DNA of 64,000 nt from a bacterium (GTDB taxonomy: Bacteria > Zhuqueibacterota > Zhuqueibacteria > Residuimicrobiales > Krinioviventaceae). Positions within the stretch are counted from its first letter, which is position 1. The number at the start of each line of letters is the position of its first letter. Below, one piece after another: positions 31,146 through 40,549 of this stretch. Location of the stretch: assembly GCA_963693055.1 (NCBI GenBank), contig OY843751.1, positions 576,001 through 640,000 of the forward strand, given 5' to 3'. The position numbers were made by a program, and so were the translations under genes. The notes beneath the pieces were generated by a model that saw nothing but the letters and a program-made list of their open reading frames with translations, searched no databases and was not told where the DNA came from.

Positions 31146-34100
31146 ATGATAAAATTAAAACATCTAATTGTATTATTGATCATTATAACAGTTTTGACTG
31201 GCTGTAATAAAGCCGTTATGCAGGGCGGTTCGCAAACTGCGCAAATTCCCTTGAGGGATTTGCTTGCAACGCTTCCTGCTGATAATTTGACAGAACAGAA
31301 TCTGATTATGGATGCTATTCTGGACTATGGTGAACCCGGCATTCTGGCTGTGTGTGATCAACTGGCATCTGCGGATACGTTGAAAAGTGTTTCTGCACAT
31401 TATGCTATTGATGGTTTGACACAGTATGTTTCTAAGAACAGACCTGCGCAGAACCGCTTGTACATCCGGGCATTGCACAAGGTGTTAACGAATAGTACAG
31501 ATCTTCCTGTTGTTGTTAAAGTATTTATTATTAAACAAATACAATACACGGGTGGTTCTGAATCTATCGCCTTGTTAAAGGGATTTCTGGCAGATCCGGA
31601 ACTGGTGGATGGAACGGTCCGTGCATTAATAGCAATTGGCGGTCCCGAAGCCGGAAATGCGTTATTGTCCGAATTGGATAATGTGGCCAAGCCCCAAAAA
31701 CAGTTTGTCATTCAAGCCCTGGGTGAACTGGATTATACACCTTCCGCTGTGCAATTGCTGAAATATACAGAAGATAAAGATTTGCGTGATGCGTCTTTGA
31801 ATGCACTTGCTCAAATGGGTGTAAAGTTGGCAGTTCCGCAGGTAAAATCTCTGGCGGCTGAGGATGCAGAGTATACTGATCTGTACCTGAGGTTGGCCAG
31901 CGGATTGGCAGAGCATAAAGATGTTGATGGCTGTGTTGCTATATGCCGAGAGCTGTTGGATGGTGATACTCCCGAATATTACAAGATTGCCGCGTTGGAT
32001 CTTTTGGTAGAGCTGGAATGGGAAAAAGCCTTTGATGACGTTTTTGATATGGCCGTTAGCGATAGTAAAAAAGCCCGTGTTGCAGCCCTGCGGCTGGCAG
32101 AGGGATTTTTTGATGAAGCATTAATTGAGAAATGGGTAGCTCAATTGGAAAAGAGCTCACCTGCAGTACAGGCAGATATTATCGACATGCTGGGTAGAAT
32201 GCAGGAACCATCAGTAGTGCCGGTATTGCAGAACAAGTTAAAAGACGGACCCACCGAGGTCCGGTTGGCTGCAATAAAAGCACTGGTATCTATTGATGGT
32301 GATGATGCTGCAAATGATCTTGCAAAAACGCTGGCAACATCTGCATCAGAAAAGATAGAATTTGATTTGTTGAAACGACAATTGCAGACAATCTCTACTG
32401 ATATGCTGGTTCCGGCTTTGAACGCAAACCTGAATGAAGCTTATGCCGAGGCTAAAGTGATCGTGATAGATCTGCTGGACGAACGGGGTGCGGCTGAGAA
32501 ATCTGCATTAATTGCACAGTTGGGTGACGATCCCAAAGTTAATGCTTCTGTTATCGGTTCAATTGCTTCAAAGATGGATTTGAATGATTTTAATGCAATT
32601 TTTGATAGATATCAAAAATCAATAGGCTCGGAACAACGCGCGGCCCGTAACGCGCTTGCGGAATATACCGCAAATGGCAAAGAGCGTCGCGAAGCGGTAA
32701 AACAGGTACAGGAAGCTTACAAGAATGCACCTGTTGATAAAAAAGCAGACTATTTTAATTTGTTCCGTGCAATAGGCGGCAAAAGTTTTCTTGCTTTGAT
32801 TGTACAGGCAATGGACGAACCGGAATTGAATGATGCAGCTGTACGTACATTGGCCGGATGGAATGGCCCGGAAGCATTGGAACCGCTTGCCGAATTGGTG
32901 AAAACCACAAAAGATACTACTCACCAGGTACTGGCTATACGAGGCGCTTTGGCATTGTTACGTGATAATTCGGTTGGCGATATTCGCAATGTGGAATATT
33001 GTGACGGATTGATAAGTAATGCCATTCGTCCTGCTGAGAAACGCATGATCTTGTCTCATTTGGGCAATGTGCGCTCCGAATATGTTTTGAAATATGTTTC
33101 TTCTTTTTTGAGCGATACTACATTGGGTTACGATGCAGCACAGGCCGTGATGAATATTGCAACCCCGGATAAGGACAGCAATACCAATTTGGAATCCAAA
33201 GCAGTTGCGCTTGCCATGATCAAAGGTACATCGGGAGAGGATTTAAAGGCAAAATTGTATGCGAATCCTCTGGTTGAGAAAACAGACAATGTACCTCCGG
33301 AAGGTTTTTACGCATTGTTCAATGGTGTGGATCTGAGCGGTTGGAAGGGACTGGTTGCTGATCCTCCCAAACGCGCGAAAATGAGTGCAGCGGAACTGGT
33401 TAAAGAACAGGTACATGCAGACAGCCTGATGAACGCACACTGGCGGGTAGTTGGTGATGTGCTCTATTTTGACGGCAAGGGACACAGCCTGTGCACAATC
33501 AAAGATTACACCAATTTCGAAATGTATGTGGACTGGAAGATTGAAAAACACGGCGACAGTGGCATTTATCTGCGGGGCGCCCCACAAGTTCAGATCTGGG
33601 ACACTGCCCAGTGGCCGGAAGGATCGGGTGCATTGTACAATAACAAGATCAATGAAAGCCATCCGCTTGCGGTTGCCGATAATCCCATTGGAGAGTGGAA
33701 TACTTTTCGTATTATCATGAAAGGTGAGCGGGTAACCGTTTGGTTGAACGATGTGCTGGTTGTAGATAATGTGATTATGGAGAATTATTGGGAACGTGAT
33801 ATTCCCATATATCCTACAGGCCAGATAGAGCTGCAGGCACATACCACACCGCTCTATTTTAAAAATGTGTATATCAAAGAACTGCCCGATGAAGAACCGT
33901 CATTTACCGGCGAACTTTTCAATGGTAAAGATCTGACCGGTTGGCAGGTCATGAGTGATAACAAGGACAGCTGGAAGGTTGAAGACGGTGTCCTCTATAC
34001 CGAAGGTAAAGGCGGTGGCTGGATTGCTACAACCGATCAATTCGATAATTTCAAATTGGAACTGGAATTCCGCGTGCCTGAAGGCGGCAACAGCGGCGTA

Positions 34101-34469
34101 TTTGTTCGTACTCCTTTAGAGGGTGATGGCGCTTATAAAGGCATGGAGATACAGGTGCTGGACGATTACGCGGATAAATATAAAGACCTGAAAGCGTGGC
34201 AATATACTGCAAGTATTTACGATGTGCAGGCACCATCCAAGCGAATGACCCAAAAAGCCGGGGAATGGCAACAGATGGTGATTGTGTGTGATGGACCGCA
34301 CGTAACAGTAGAACTGAATGGGGAACTGATTAATGATGCCAATTTAATTGATCATATGCATCGCACAGCAAAACATCCGGGATTAACCCGTCGTAAAGGA
34401 TATATTGGTCTGCAAAATCACAGTACGCGGGTAGAATATAAAAACATACGATTAACAGAATTAGAATAG
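31146..34469 (+). CDS. Lipoprotein with HEAT repeats and two DUF1080 (3-keto-glycoside hydrolase/lyase-type) domains
   Basis: Lipobox LTGC; about 700 aa of helical repeats; two LFNG.DL.GW...(D/N)SG...GEW...G.I.LQ.H domains. Confidence 0.88.
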   Translation: MIKLKHLIVLLIIITVLTGCNKAVMQGGSQTAQIPLRDLLATLPADNLTEQNLIMDAILDYGEPGILAVCDQLASADTLKSVSAHYAIDGLTQYVSKNRPAQNRLYIRALHKVLTNSTDLPVVVKVFIIKQIQYTGGSESIALLKGFLADPELVDGTVRALIAIGGPEAGNALLSELDNVAKPQKQFVIQALGELDYTPSAVQLLKYTEDKDLRDASLNALAQMGVKLAVPQVKSLAAEDAEYTDLYLRLASGLAEHKDVDGCVAICRELLDGDTPEYYKIAALDLLVELEWEKAFDDVFDMAVSDSKKARVAALRLAEGFFDEALIEKWVAQLEKSSPAVQADIIDMLGRMQEPSVVPVLQNKLKDGPTEVRLAAIKALVSIDGDDAANDLAKTLATSASEKIEFDLLKRQLQTISTDMLVPALNANLNEAYAEAKVIVIDLLDERGAAEKSALIAQLGDDPKVNASVIGSIASKMDLNDFNAIFDRYQKSIGSEQRAARNALAEYTANGKERREAVKQVQEAYKNAPVDKKADYFNLFRAIGGKSFLALIVQAMDEPELNDAAVRTLAGWNGPEALEPLAELVKTTKDTTHQVLAIRGALALLRDNSVGDIRNVEYCDGLISNAIRPAEKRMILSHLGNVRSEYVLKYVSSFLSDTTLGYDAAQAVMNIATPDKDSNTNLESKAVALAMIKGTSGEDLKAKLYANPLVEKTDNVPPEGFYALFNGVDLSGWKGLVADPPKRAKMSAAELVKEQVHADSLMNAHWRVVGDVLYFDGKGHSLCTIKDYTNFEMYVDWKIEKHGDSGIYLRGAPQVQIWDTAQWPEGSGALYNNKINESHPLAVADNPIGEWNTFRIIMKGERVTVWLNDVLVVDNVIMENYWERDIPIYPTGQIELQAHTTPLYFKNVYIKELPDEEPSFTGELFNGKDLTGWQVMSDNKDSWKVEDGVLYTEGKGGGWIATTDQFDNFKLELEFRVPEGGNSGVFVRTPLEGDGAYKGMEIQVLDDYADKYKDLKAWQYTASIYDVQAPSKRMTQKAGEWQQMVIVCDGPHVTVELNGELINDANLIDHMHRTAKHPGLTRRKGYIGLQNHSTRVEYKNIRLTELE

Positions 34470-34504
34470 ATTAATTAGGGGGAATTGGGTTAATATTCAC
34501 CAAA

Positions 34505-34545
34505 TTCCTTACCGTAAATTCATTTTGCGGTAAGGAAAATTTTTT
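34505..34545 (+). terminator. Probable terminator
   Basis: TTCCTTACCG-N13-CGGTAAGGAA followed by a T-run. Confidence 0.65.
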
Positions 34546-34566
34546 AAATTTGGGGGAAATCCTTTT

Positions 34567-35298
34567 ATGGCTATGACACCGGATTTTACACATTACACCA
34601 TTCAACAGCTTGTGGATGCCTACTACAATATCAACCGGAATTTATATCCGGAGAGTTTTGAAAAATTGCTCAAAGAAATTGAATTGCGGGGAATGACAGA
34701 AGTTGATGTGGTGAATTATACCCAGCCACAAGAGACACACCCCAAGCAAAAGTACATCCGGAATTACTGGATGGTATTGCTCTTTGGTGTGCTAACATTT
34801 GGGATCTACTGGTACTATTGGTACTATGCAAACCTGGAAGAAATTGGCAAAGCGTTTAAATTTGAAAAAAGTGAAAAAGAAATAACTATCGCCAAAGTTG
34901 CATGTGTTGTTATTATTATACTCCGGTTCAGTAATTTGGGTGCTTCCGGTATGACAGGTAATGAAGAGACACCAGAAGAATTGATTTCTGTAATTTCTGG
35001 TTTGCTCATTTACCTGATCATTTTATATTTTTTTGAAAATATTTTCATGTTTATTTATCTGCATGCAATTCAAGTGGGACAGGAAAAGGCGGATGTAAAA
35101 CTTTTGCCCAAATTTGCCATGTTTGCAGCTTATGTTATATCAACAGGATTGCCATTTTTGTCTATTTTTACAATGAAGCCATCGATAATGATAGTTAGTG
35201 TGATTGTTTGCATGCTTGTTTTGGTGGGATTTTATTACACCCTGCAGGAGCAGATCAACAAAATTTGGGAAGCGGTAATTGATAAAGAAATCATATAG
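34567..35298 (+). CDS. DUF4234-like membrane protein, paralog 1
   Basis: LLFGVLTFGIYWYYWYY motif, about 5 TM segments, Q..IN.IW end. Confidence 0.7.
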   Translation: MAMTPDFTHYTIQQLVDAYYNINRNLYPESFEKLLKEIELRGMTEVDVVNYTQPQETHPKQKYIRNYWMVLLFGVLTFGIYWYYWYYANLEEIGKAFKFEKSEKEITIAKVACVVIIILRFSNLGASGMTGNEETPEELISVISGLLIYLIILYFFENIFMFIYLHAIQVGQEKADVKLLPKFAMFAAYVISTGLPFLSIFTMKPSIMIVSVIVCMLVLVGFYYTLQEQINKIWEAVIDKEII

Positions 35299-35341
35299 AA
35301 TAATAACAGCGAGTTTAACCGATTAAGGAAGGGGTAGTATT

Positions 35342-36088
35342 ATGACAGCACCGGAATTTTCAAAATATTCATTAGAGCAGTTAAAAGACGCTCACGCTAA
35401 CATTAACCGTAATCTTTATCCCGAAAATTACAATCTTCTGGTTGAAGAATTGAAAAAACGGGGGATATCTGAAGATGATATGAAAAATCCCAGGATTATG
35501 GAACCGGAGGGCCTTTTACAAGAAAATATTCGCAGTTATGGAAAGGTGTTGCTCTTTGGTATATTAACAATGGGTATTTACTGGCTCTATTGGTATTATG
35601 CCAACCTGAAAGAGCTGGATAGTCATTTTGTATGTGAAAAAGATGAAAAGGATATTAAACTGGCTTTGAATGCATTTGTGATATATATTGTGTTGCATTT
35701 TGTAGCGATGTTTGTTGCTATAGGTGTTGTGATTGCAAATATTGAAAAAATGGCTAATGCGCCTGCATACCCCACACCCGGATTAGAATCAATGCTGGTT
35801 AGCTTTTTATCATTGTTGGTAGAGTCTGTCTTTATCTTTATGTTTTTAAATGCGGTCAAGCTGGGTCAGGAAAAAGCAAAGGTTGATGGATTTTCACTTT
35901 TCCCCTTTTTTGCTCTATACCTGGGTGGTGTGATATGTCAGTTTATTTATTCCGCGTTTATGCTGCCAGTGATCTCTATTTTAAGCGCGGTTTTGCTTAT
36001 TTTGTTTTATTACAAGCTGCAGGATGGAATCAATTCGATTTGGAAGGCTGAGATTGAAGGTGAGGCGGAACATTATATCGTTTCTTGA
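35342..36088 (+). CDS. DUF4234-like membrane protein, paralog 2
   Basis: LLFGILTMGIYWLYWYY motif; colinear with the upstream gene. Confidence 0.7.
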   Translation: MTAPEFSKYSLEQLKDAHANINRNLYPENYNLLVEELKKRGISEDDMKNPRIMEPEGLLQENIRSYGKVLLFGILTMGIYWLYWYYANLKELDSHFVCEKDEKDIKLALNAFVIYIVLHFVAMFVAIGVVIANIEKMANAPAYPTPGLESMLVSFLSLLVESVFIFMFLNAVKLGQEKAKVDGFSLFPFFALYLGGVICQFIYSAFMLPVISILSAVLLILFYYKLQDGINSIWKAEIEGEAEHYIVS

Positions 36089-36214
36089 TATAATTGTTCA
36101 GGTTTAACGCAGAGTTCGCAGAGGAGTTTTTTTCTCTCTCACCGGGTGACTGATGTAAAAGGTGATAACCTTAAAATACTTTTATTCTCTGTTCCAAATT
36201 TCAAACTGTGTGAA

Positions 36215-36425
36215 ACCCAAGAAGCAATAGTGCTTTTGGAGTGCATCGCCTTTTTAGCTTGTCCGCCAACCGGCTGACGATGCGTTGGACCAAAGGTCCG
36301 AAATAAATTTGGCCTCATAGTCAAATATCAAGTAATTATTGAAAAATAACAAGTTGGGTGATTTTAATAAACATAATTATTTTGTGGCCGTCTTCGACGG
36401 CCCGCTGTACATAAAGGTACAGCAC
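36215..36425. repeat. Hairpin-rich intergenic element (REP/MITE-like or structured RNA)
   Basis: Five short inverted repeats including GGCCGTC-TTC-GACGGCC, GCTGTAC-N6-GTACAGC and GGACC-AAA-GGTCC. Confidence 0.4.
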
Positions 36426-36535
36426 TCCACTTCTTTTCAAAAATTTTTTCACTTATTTTATGAAATCCTCTTTCACAAGCTGAAAATTCTCTGGGTTTAT
36501 CGGGAATAGGATAGAAGCGTACTCGGAGTGGTATA

Positions 36536-37945
36536 TTAGCTATTTTTTATTGCGAGTTGTTTCAGCAGTGCACGATTGATTTTGAGGTCGTTGCCAGTCT
36601 GTCCAGGCCAGGGGTAAAAACGTACCGGGTGTTTGAATTTTTCCAGGTTTTGTTCAAGGTGTAGACGAATGACTGTCTCTTTGATCGGGTTGCCGCTGTA
36701 TTGTAGTAACGCAACCGGGCGTTCTCCGAATTCATCATCCGGGGTGGGCACAACAATGCACTGGGTTATCCCCTTGATCTGCTCGATGCATCTTTCAATC
36801 TCTTCCGGTTGGATATTCTCTCCACCGGAAATAAACATATTGTCCAGCCGTCCCGTTACATTCAGGCAGTCCTTTTCGTCCAGATTCCCACGGTCCCCGG
36901 TGTGGAACCAGCCATTTTGATCTACCACGCTGTGTATTCCGTGTTGATCAAAATATCCCTGAAATAAGGTCTTTCCTTTGACGCGTATCTCTCCCTGATT
37001 TGAAAATGACAGCTTCCGGTGTGGCAGCAATCTGCCGCTGGTGGACAATTCTTTTGCATCAGCACCGGCTTGGGTCGTGGTGATTTGAGACGCCATTTCT
37101 GTTGATCCGTAACTGGTGTGGATTGGAAGGTTGTATGCTATTGCCTGCTCAATCAGCGATGCGGGAATTGCGCTTCCGCCCAAAAGGATGGCCTTTAAAG
37201 ACTGCAAGGCCGAGATTGTATCGGGATTGGTCAACATGCGCGCCAACTGGGTGCTGACCAGTGATATGTGCGTAATGCTCTGATTTTTGATCAGAGATTC
37301 CAAAGGTTCTTCTTTTAAAGGAATTACCACTGCTGCTCCGGCAAGAAAGCAGCGGAACAAAGGGGCGATTCCACCTACATGAAACAAGGGAAGAGAGAGC
37401 AGCCAGCGGTCCTCCGGCTGGACCGGGATGTTGGTATTGGATCCTAATGCGTTATACAAATGGTTCGACAGTGTGTGCATTACCGCTTTGGGATTGCCTG
37501 TGCTCCCGGATGTAAATATCAATGTAGCGGGAGAATCTGTTTGCATTTTTATGGAATCAATAGGATCTGTGGTGTTATTAAAAGATGTAATGTTTAATGT
37601 TTGGATGCCTGGAAAATGTGCATCTTCGTTATCGGTGATCAGGGATTTGCATCCAACCTGCTGCATGCGTTGTTGTAATGTTGATAATGGCAGTCGGGTG
37701 CTGAGAGGCATCATAATCATGCCGGCCATCCATCCGCCCAGGAGCGTGGTGATGTATTGAGTGGAGTGTTCTGCTAAAATGGAAATGACAGATCCTTGAG
37801 CCATGTTCTTTTTGAACGAGGCCGCCGCTGTTGCGCTCTGAGCGGTCAGTTGTGCATAGCTCAAAGCGTCTTTATCGGAAATGACTGCCAGGCGTTCAGC
37901 ATGTATGGCGGTATCCGGAAAGATAATGTAATCGGGGATAGTCAT
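36536..37945 (-). CDS. menE: o-succinylbenzoate-CoA ligase
   Basis: FTSGSTGNPK, LPLFHVGG, YGSTEMASQ, FISGGENIQPEEIE; follows menC. Confidence 0.9.
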   Translation of the reverse strand: MTIPDYIIFPDTAIHAERLAVISDKDALSYAQLTAQSATAAASFKKNMAQGSVISILAEHSTQYITTLLGGWMAGMIMMPLSTRLPLSTLQQRMQQVGCKSLITDNEDAHFPGIQTLNITSFNNTTDPIDSIKMQTDSPATLIFTSGSTGNPKAVMHTLSNHLYNALGSNTNIPVQPEDRWLLSLPLFHVGGIAPLFRCFLAGAAVVIPLKEEPLESLIKNQSITHISLVSTQLARMLTNPDTISALQSLKAILLGGSAIPASLIEQAIAYNLPIHTSYGSTEMASQITTTQAGADAKELSTSGRLLPHRKLSFSNQGEIRVKGKTLFQGYFDQHGIHSVVDQNGWFHTGDRGNLDEKDCLNVTGRLDNMFISGGENIQPEEIERCIEQIKGITQCIVVPTPDDEFGERPVALLQYSGNPIKETVIRLHLEQNLEKFKHPVRFYPWPGQTGNDLKINRALLKQLAIKNS

Positions 37946-39018
37946 AGTAACATCCTTTGCAGGATGCTGTGATTCAATTCAGGCGCGTTACCGGCTAAAC
38001 CGTATTTACCATTCTCTGTTTTAAAGGGAGGAGTGATAGCATCGCCGTTTAGCCAGCGCCAGGTATCCAGGCCTGCCGCGGTATCTGGTCCCGAAAGCGC
38101 CGCTGAAAGTCTGGCGTAAAATTGCAATGCCAATCCGCTGTCAAATACGCTGGTAATTATAGATTTAATGTTCTGACGTTTTGCTTTGTCAGCCAGTAAA
38201 AGTGTGTTGGAAAGCGGACCCAAAACAGCCGGTTTTAAAATAATGGCTCTCACCCAATCCGGTAGAGGCGTTTCTTCTTGATTGAACAGCGTCAGGGATT
38301 CATCCAGCGCAATGGGGACGGCTACCTGATCTGCGAGTTCCTGCAATTGAAGGGGATTGGTAAGCGGTTCTTCAATGTATTCAATATTGTCCGTGTTTAT
38401 GTTCTGTATAAAAGTACTCGCATCTTTGAATGACCATGCGCGGTTGGCATCAAGCCGCAGGACAATTATATTTTTAAATGTTTGCTGAATTTTATGAATC
38501 CGATCAATCTCTGTGTCTACCGGATTTCCACCCACTTTGATTTTGATGGTTGTATAACCCTGTTGTAACCAGGATTTGATCTGTTCTACATCATTATCCA
38601 TGTTGCGGGTGAGCAGTGCATTTATTTTTATTGAATCCGGAGCGCTATCATTGATTATGTACTGTATGGGTTCACCCTTCACTGCGGATATTAATCCGAG
38701 TTTTGCCATATCCAGGCCAAAAGCGACAGATGGAGGCAGAGAAAGCGGTTGCTGATGGTTTGGTATGTTTTCAGGGATGGGTGTATTTTTAATTATAGAG
38801 ATGTTATTTTTCAGTATAGTCAGACAGTCGCTCAGGCTTTCGGCATGCAATCCCGGCAGCGGGGAAATATCTCCATAGCCGGCATTTCCATGCTTATCAG
38901 ATAATTCAATAATGAATCCCGAGCGGTTGAGGATTTTTTGATCGGCTACAACCAGCGGAGTTATTAAAGGTAGGTCGTACCGGTACAGATTGATATTTTT
39001 TATGCTTACAGGTTCCAT
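37942..39018 (-). CDS. menC: o-succinylbenzoate synthase
   Basis: GDISPLPG, KIKVG, LRLDANRAW, YIEEP, IALDESL and GLDT. Confidence 0.9.
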   Translation of the reverse strand: MEPVSIKNINLYRYDLPLITPLVVADQKILNRSGFIIELSDKHGNAGYGDISPLPGLHAESLSDCLTILKNNISIIKNTPIPENIPNHQQPLSLPPSVAFGLDMAKLGLISAVKGEPIQYIINDSAPDSIKINALLTRNMDNDVEQIKSWLQQGYTTIKIKVGGNPVDTEIDRIHKIQQTFKNIIVLRLDANRAWSFKDASTFIQNINTDNIEYIEEPLTNPLQLQELADQVAVPIALDESLTLFNQEETPLPDWVRAIILKPAVLGPLSNTLLLADKAKRQNIKSIITSVFDSGLALQFYARLSAALSGPDTAAGLDTWRWLNGDAITPPFKTENGKYGLAGNAPELNHSILQRMLL

Positions 39019-39896
39019 CCTATGGCAAATAACAGGCTGTAAATGAAAAGGATCTGACCGGTTTGGGCCAGTACTTTGTTGAATATACGTCCCGGTTCTG
39101 TATTGAGAATTGTTTTAAATGCCGGTATTGCCAGCAGTAAAATTAAAAATGTAATGAGCACCCAGTCTTTTCCGGGATTCAAAAGAGCAAAAATTGCAGT
39201 GATAAACATACCACCGATGATACAAACCAGATATTCAGCTCGCGCAAACGTTTCTCCAAATCGAACAGCCAGGGTGCGTTTACCGGACTGCTTGTCCTGA
39301 TGGATGTCACGCAAGTTGTTAATGGTTAGAATAGCAGTGGAAAATAAACCGGGGACGAGACCCAGTAATAACACTGTTGAATTAATATCAAGTGCCTGGA
39401 CATAATAGGTGCCGCCAACTGCAACGGGACCGAAAAAAATAAGAACAAATAGATCACCCAATCCATTATAACCCAGCGGATAAGGTCCACCGGTATAGGC
39501 GATGCCGGACAAGATGGAGAGAACCCCAATGACGACAATGGGCCAACCGCCACGCCAGATAAGATAAAGACCAAAAACTGCGGCAAGGCCAAACGTGATG
39601 AGAAATGCCCGTTTCATGGCTTTGGCCGTTACAAGTCCCGCGGCCGTGGCACGTGTAGGACCCAGGCGATCATCATCATCAGCTCCTTTTTGATGGTCAT
39701 AATAGTCATTGGCATAGTTGGTGCCAATTTGGATTAACAACGCTCCAATGCCGGCAAAAAGGGCTGCAAGGAAATGAAACGATTGATCAGCAGCAGCTAA
39801 ACCGGTGCCCATAATGACAGGTGCAAGGGCAGCGGGCAGGGTTTTAGGTCTGCCTGCATCTATCCAGACGGACAGGGACAAGGGTTTGAGCTTCAT
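39006..39896 (-). CDS. menA: 1,4-dihydroxy-2-naphthoate polyprenyltransferase
   Basis: RPKTL, NYANDYYD, YTGGPYP and NNLRDI..D...GKRTLAVR. Confidence 0.93.
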   Translation of the reverse strand: MKLKPLSLSVWIDAGRPKTLPAALAPVIMGTGLAAADQSFHFLAALFAGIGALLIQIGTNYANDYYDHQKGADDDDRLGPTRATAAGLVTAKAMKRAFLITFGLAAVFGLYLIWRGGWPIVVIGVLSILSGIAYTGGPYPLGYNGLGDLFVLIFFGPVAVGGTYYVQALDINSTVLLLGLVPGLFSTAILTINNLRDIHQDKQSGKRTLAVRFGETFARAEYLVCIIGGMFITAIFALLNPGKDWVLITFLILLLAIPAFKTILNTEPGRIFNKVLAQTGQILFIYSLLFAIGWNL

Positions 39897-40549
39897 ATCA
39901 GTTCCAAGGGTTCGGTGAAATGGTGTGGTTCAATGTACCAGATATTTTTGATATCTTCAATCACTATATCTCTGCTGTACGCGAGAATAAACAGGTCACG
40001 TTTCTTTTTAAATCCCTGTACTTCAAGAGGTATTTCGCCTCTTGCTTTGATTTTTAATTTAACGGTTTTCAGGTCAATTTTACATTTCAGGGTTTTGATA
40101 GCGTCCGAATGAGAGCGATCCAATCCGTCCGCCAGTCTCAACAGTGCAGCAAGTTTGAGTACTCTGAGACGGTCCCATGCTGTTAATCTGGTATAATTTA
40201 TATGTTTTTTACGCGGAAGTTTTCTACTGTGATATCGTGCAATATTACCAATAACCAGCTTTTGTCTGTCATTCCAGCCTTCGAGCGAGCTTTTTTCAAT
40301 AATAGATAAAGAGTTTTTATGGTGCTGTTTTTTGCCCTGAACGTAACCAATGTCATGCAGTATTGCGGCAGCTTCCAGCATATCACGTTCGGTGTTGCCA
40401 TAACCATGCAGCGGTTGTAATTGATCAAATAGCTGTAGCGCCAGATTCTTGACCTGCAGAATATGTGCCGGTTCCTGTTCCAGTTCATACATTAACCGAA
40501 TTGCAGAATCGTAGCGTAACCGTGATTTTTTTGATCTTTTTTTATTCAT
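39893..40549 (-). CDS. Stand-alone HD-domain protein homologous to the Ppx/GppA C-terminal region
   Basis: H...V..LA..LFD, AAILHDIG, HHK.S, ARYH and LRLADGLDRSH. Confidence 0.85.
   Translation of the reverse strand: MNKKRSKKSRLRYDSAIRLMYELEQEPAHILQVKNLALQLFDQLQPLHGYGNTERDMLEAAAILHDIGYVQGKKQHHKNSLSIIEKSSLEGWNDRQKLVIGNIARYHSRKLPRKKHINYTRLTAWDRLRVLKLAALLRLADGLDRSHSDAIKTLKCKIDLKTVKLKIKARGEIPLEVQGFKKKRDLFILAYSRDIVIEDIKNIWYIEPHHFTEPLELI

Noticed and set aside
36139-36324. 61 aa ORF in the hairpin-rich gap
   Set aside because: TTG start, no SD and no recognisable motif
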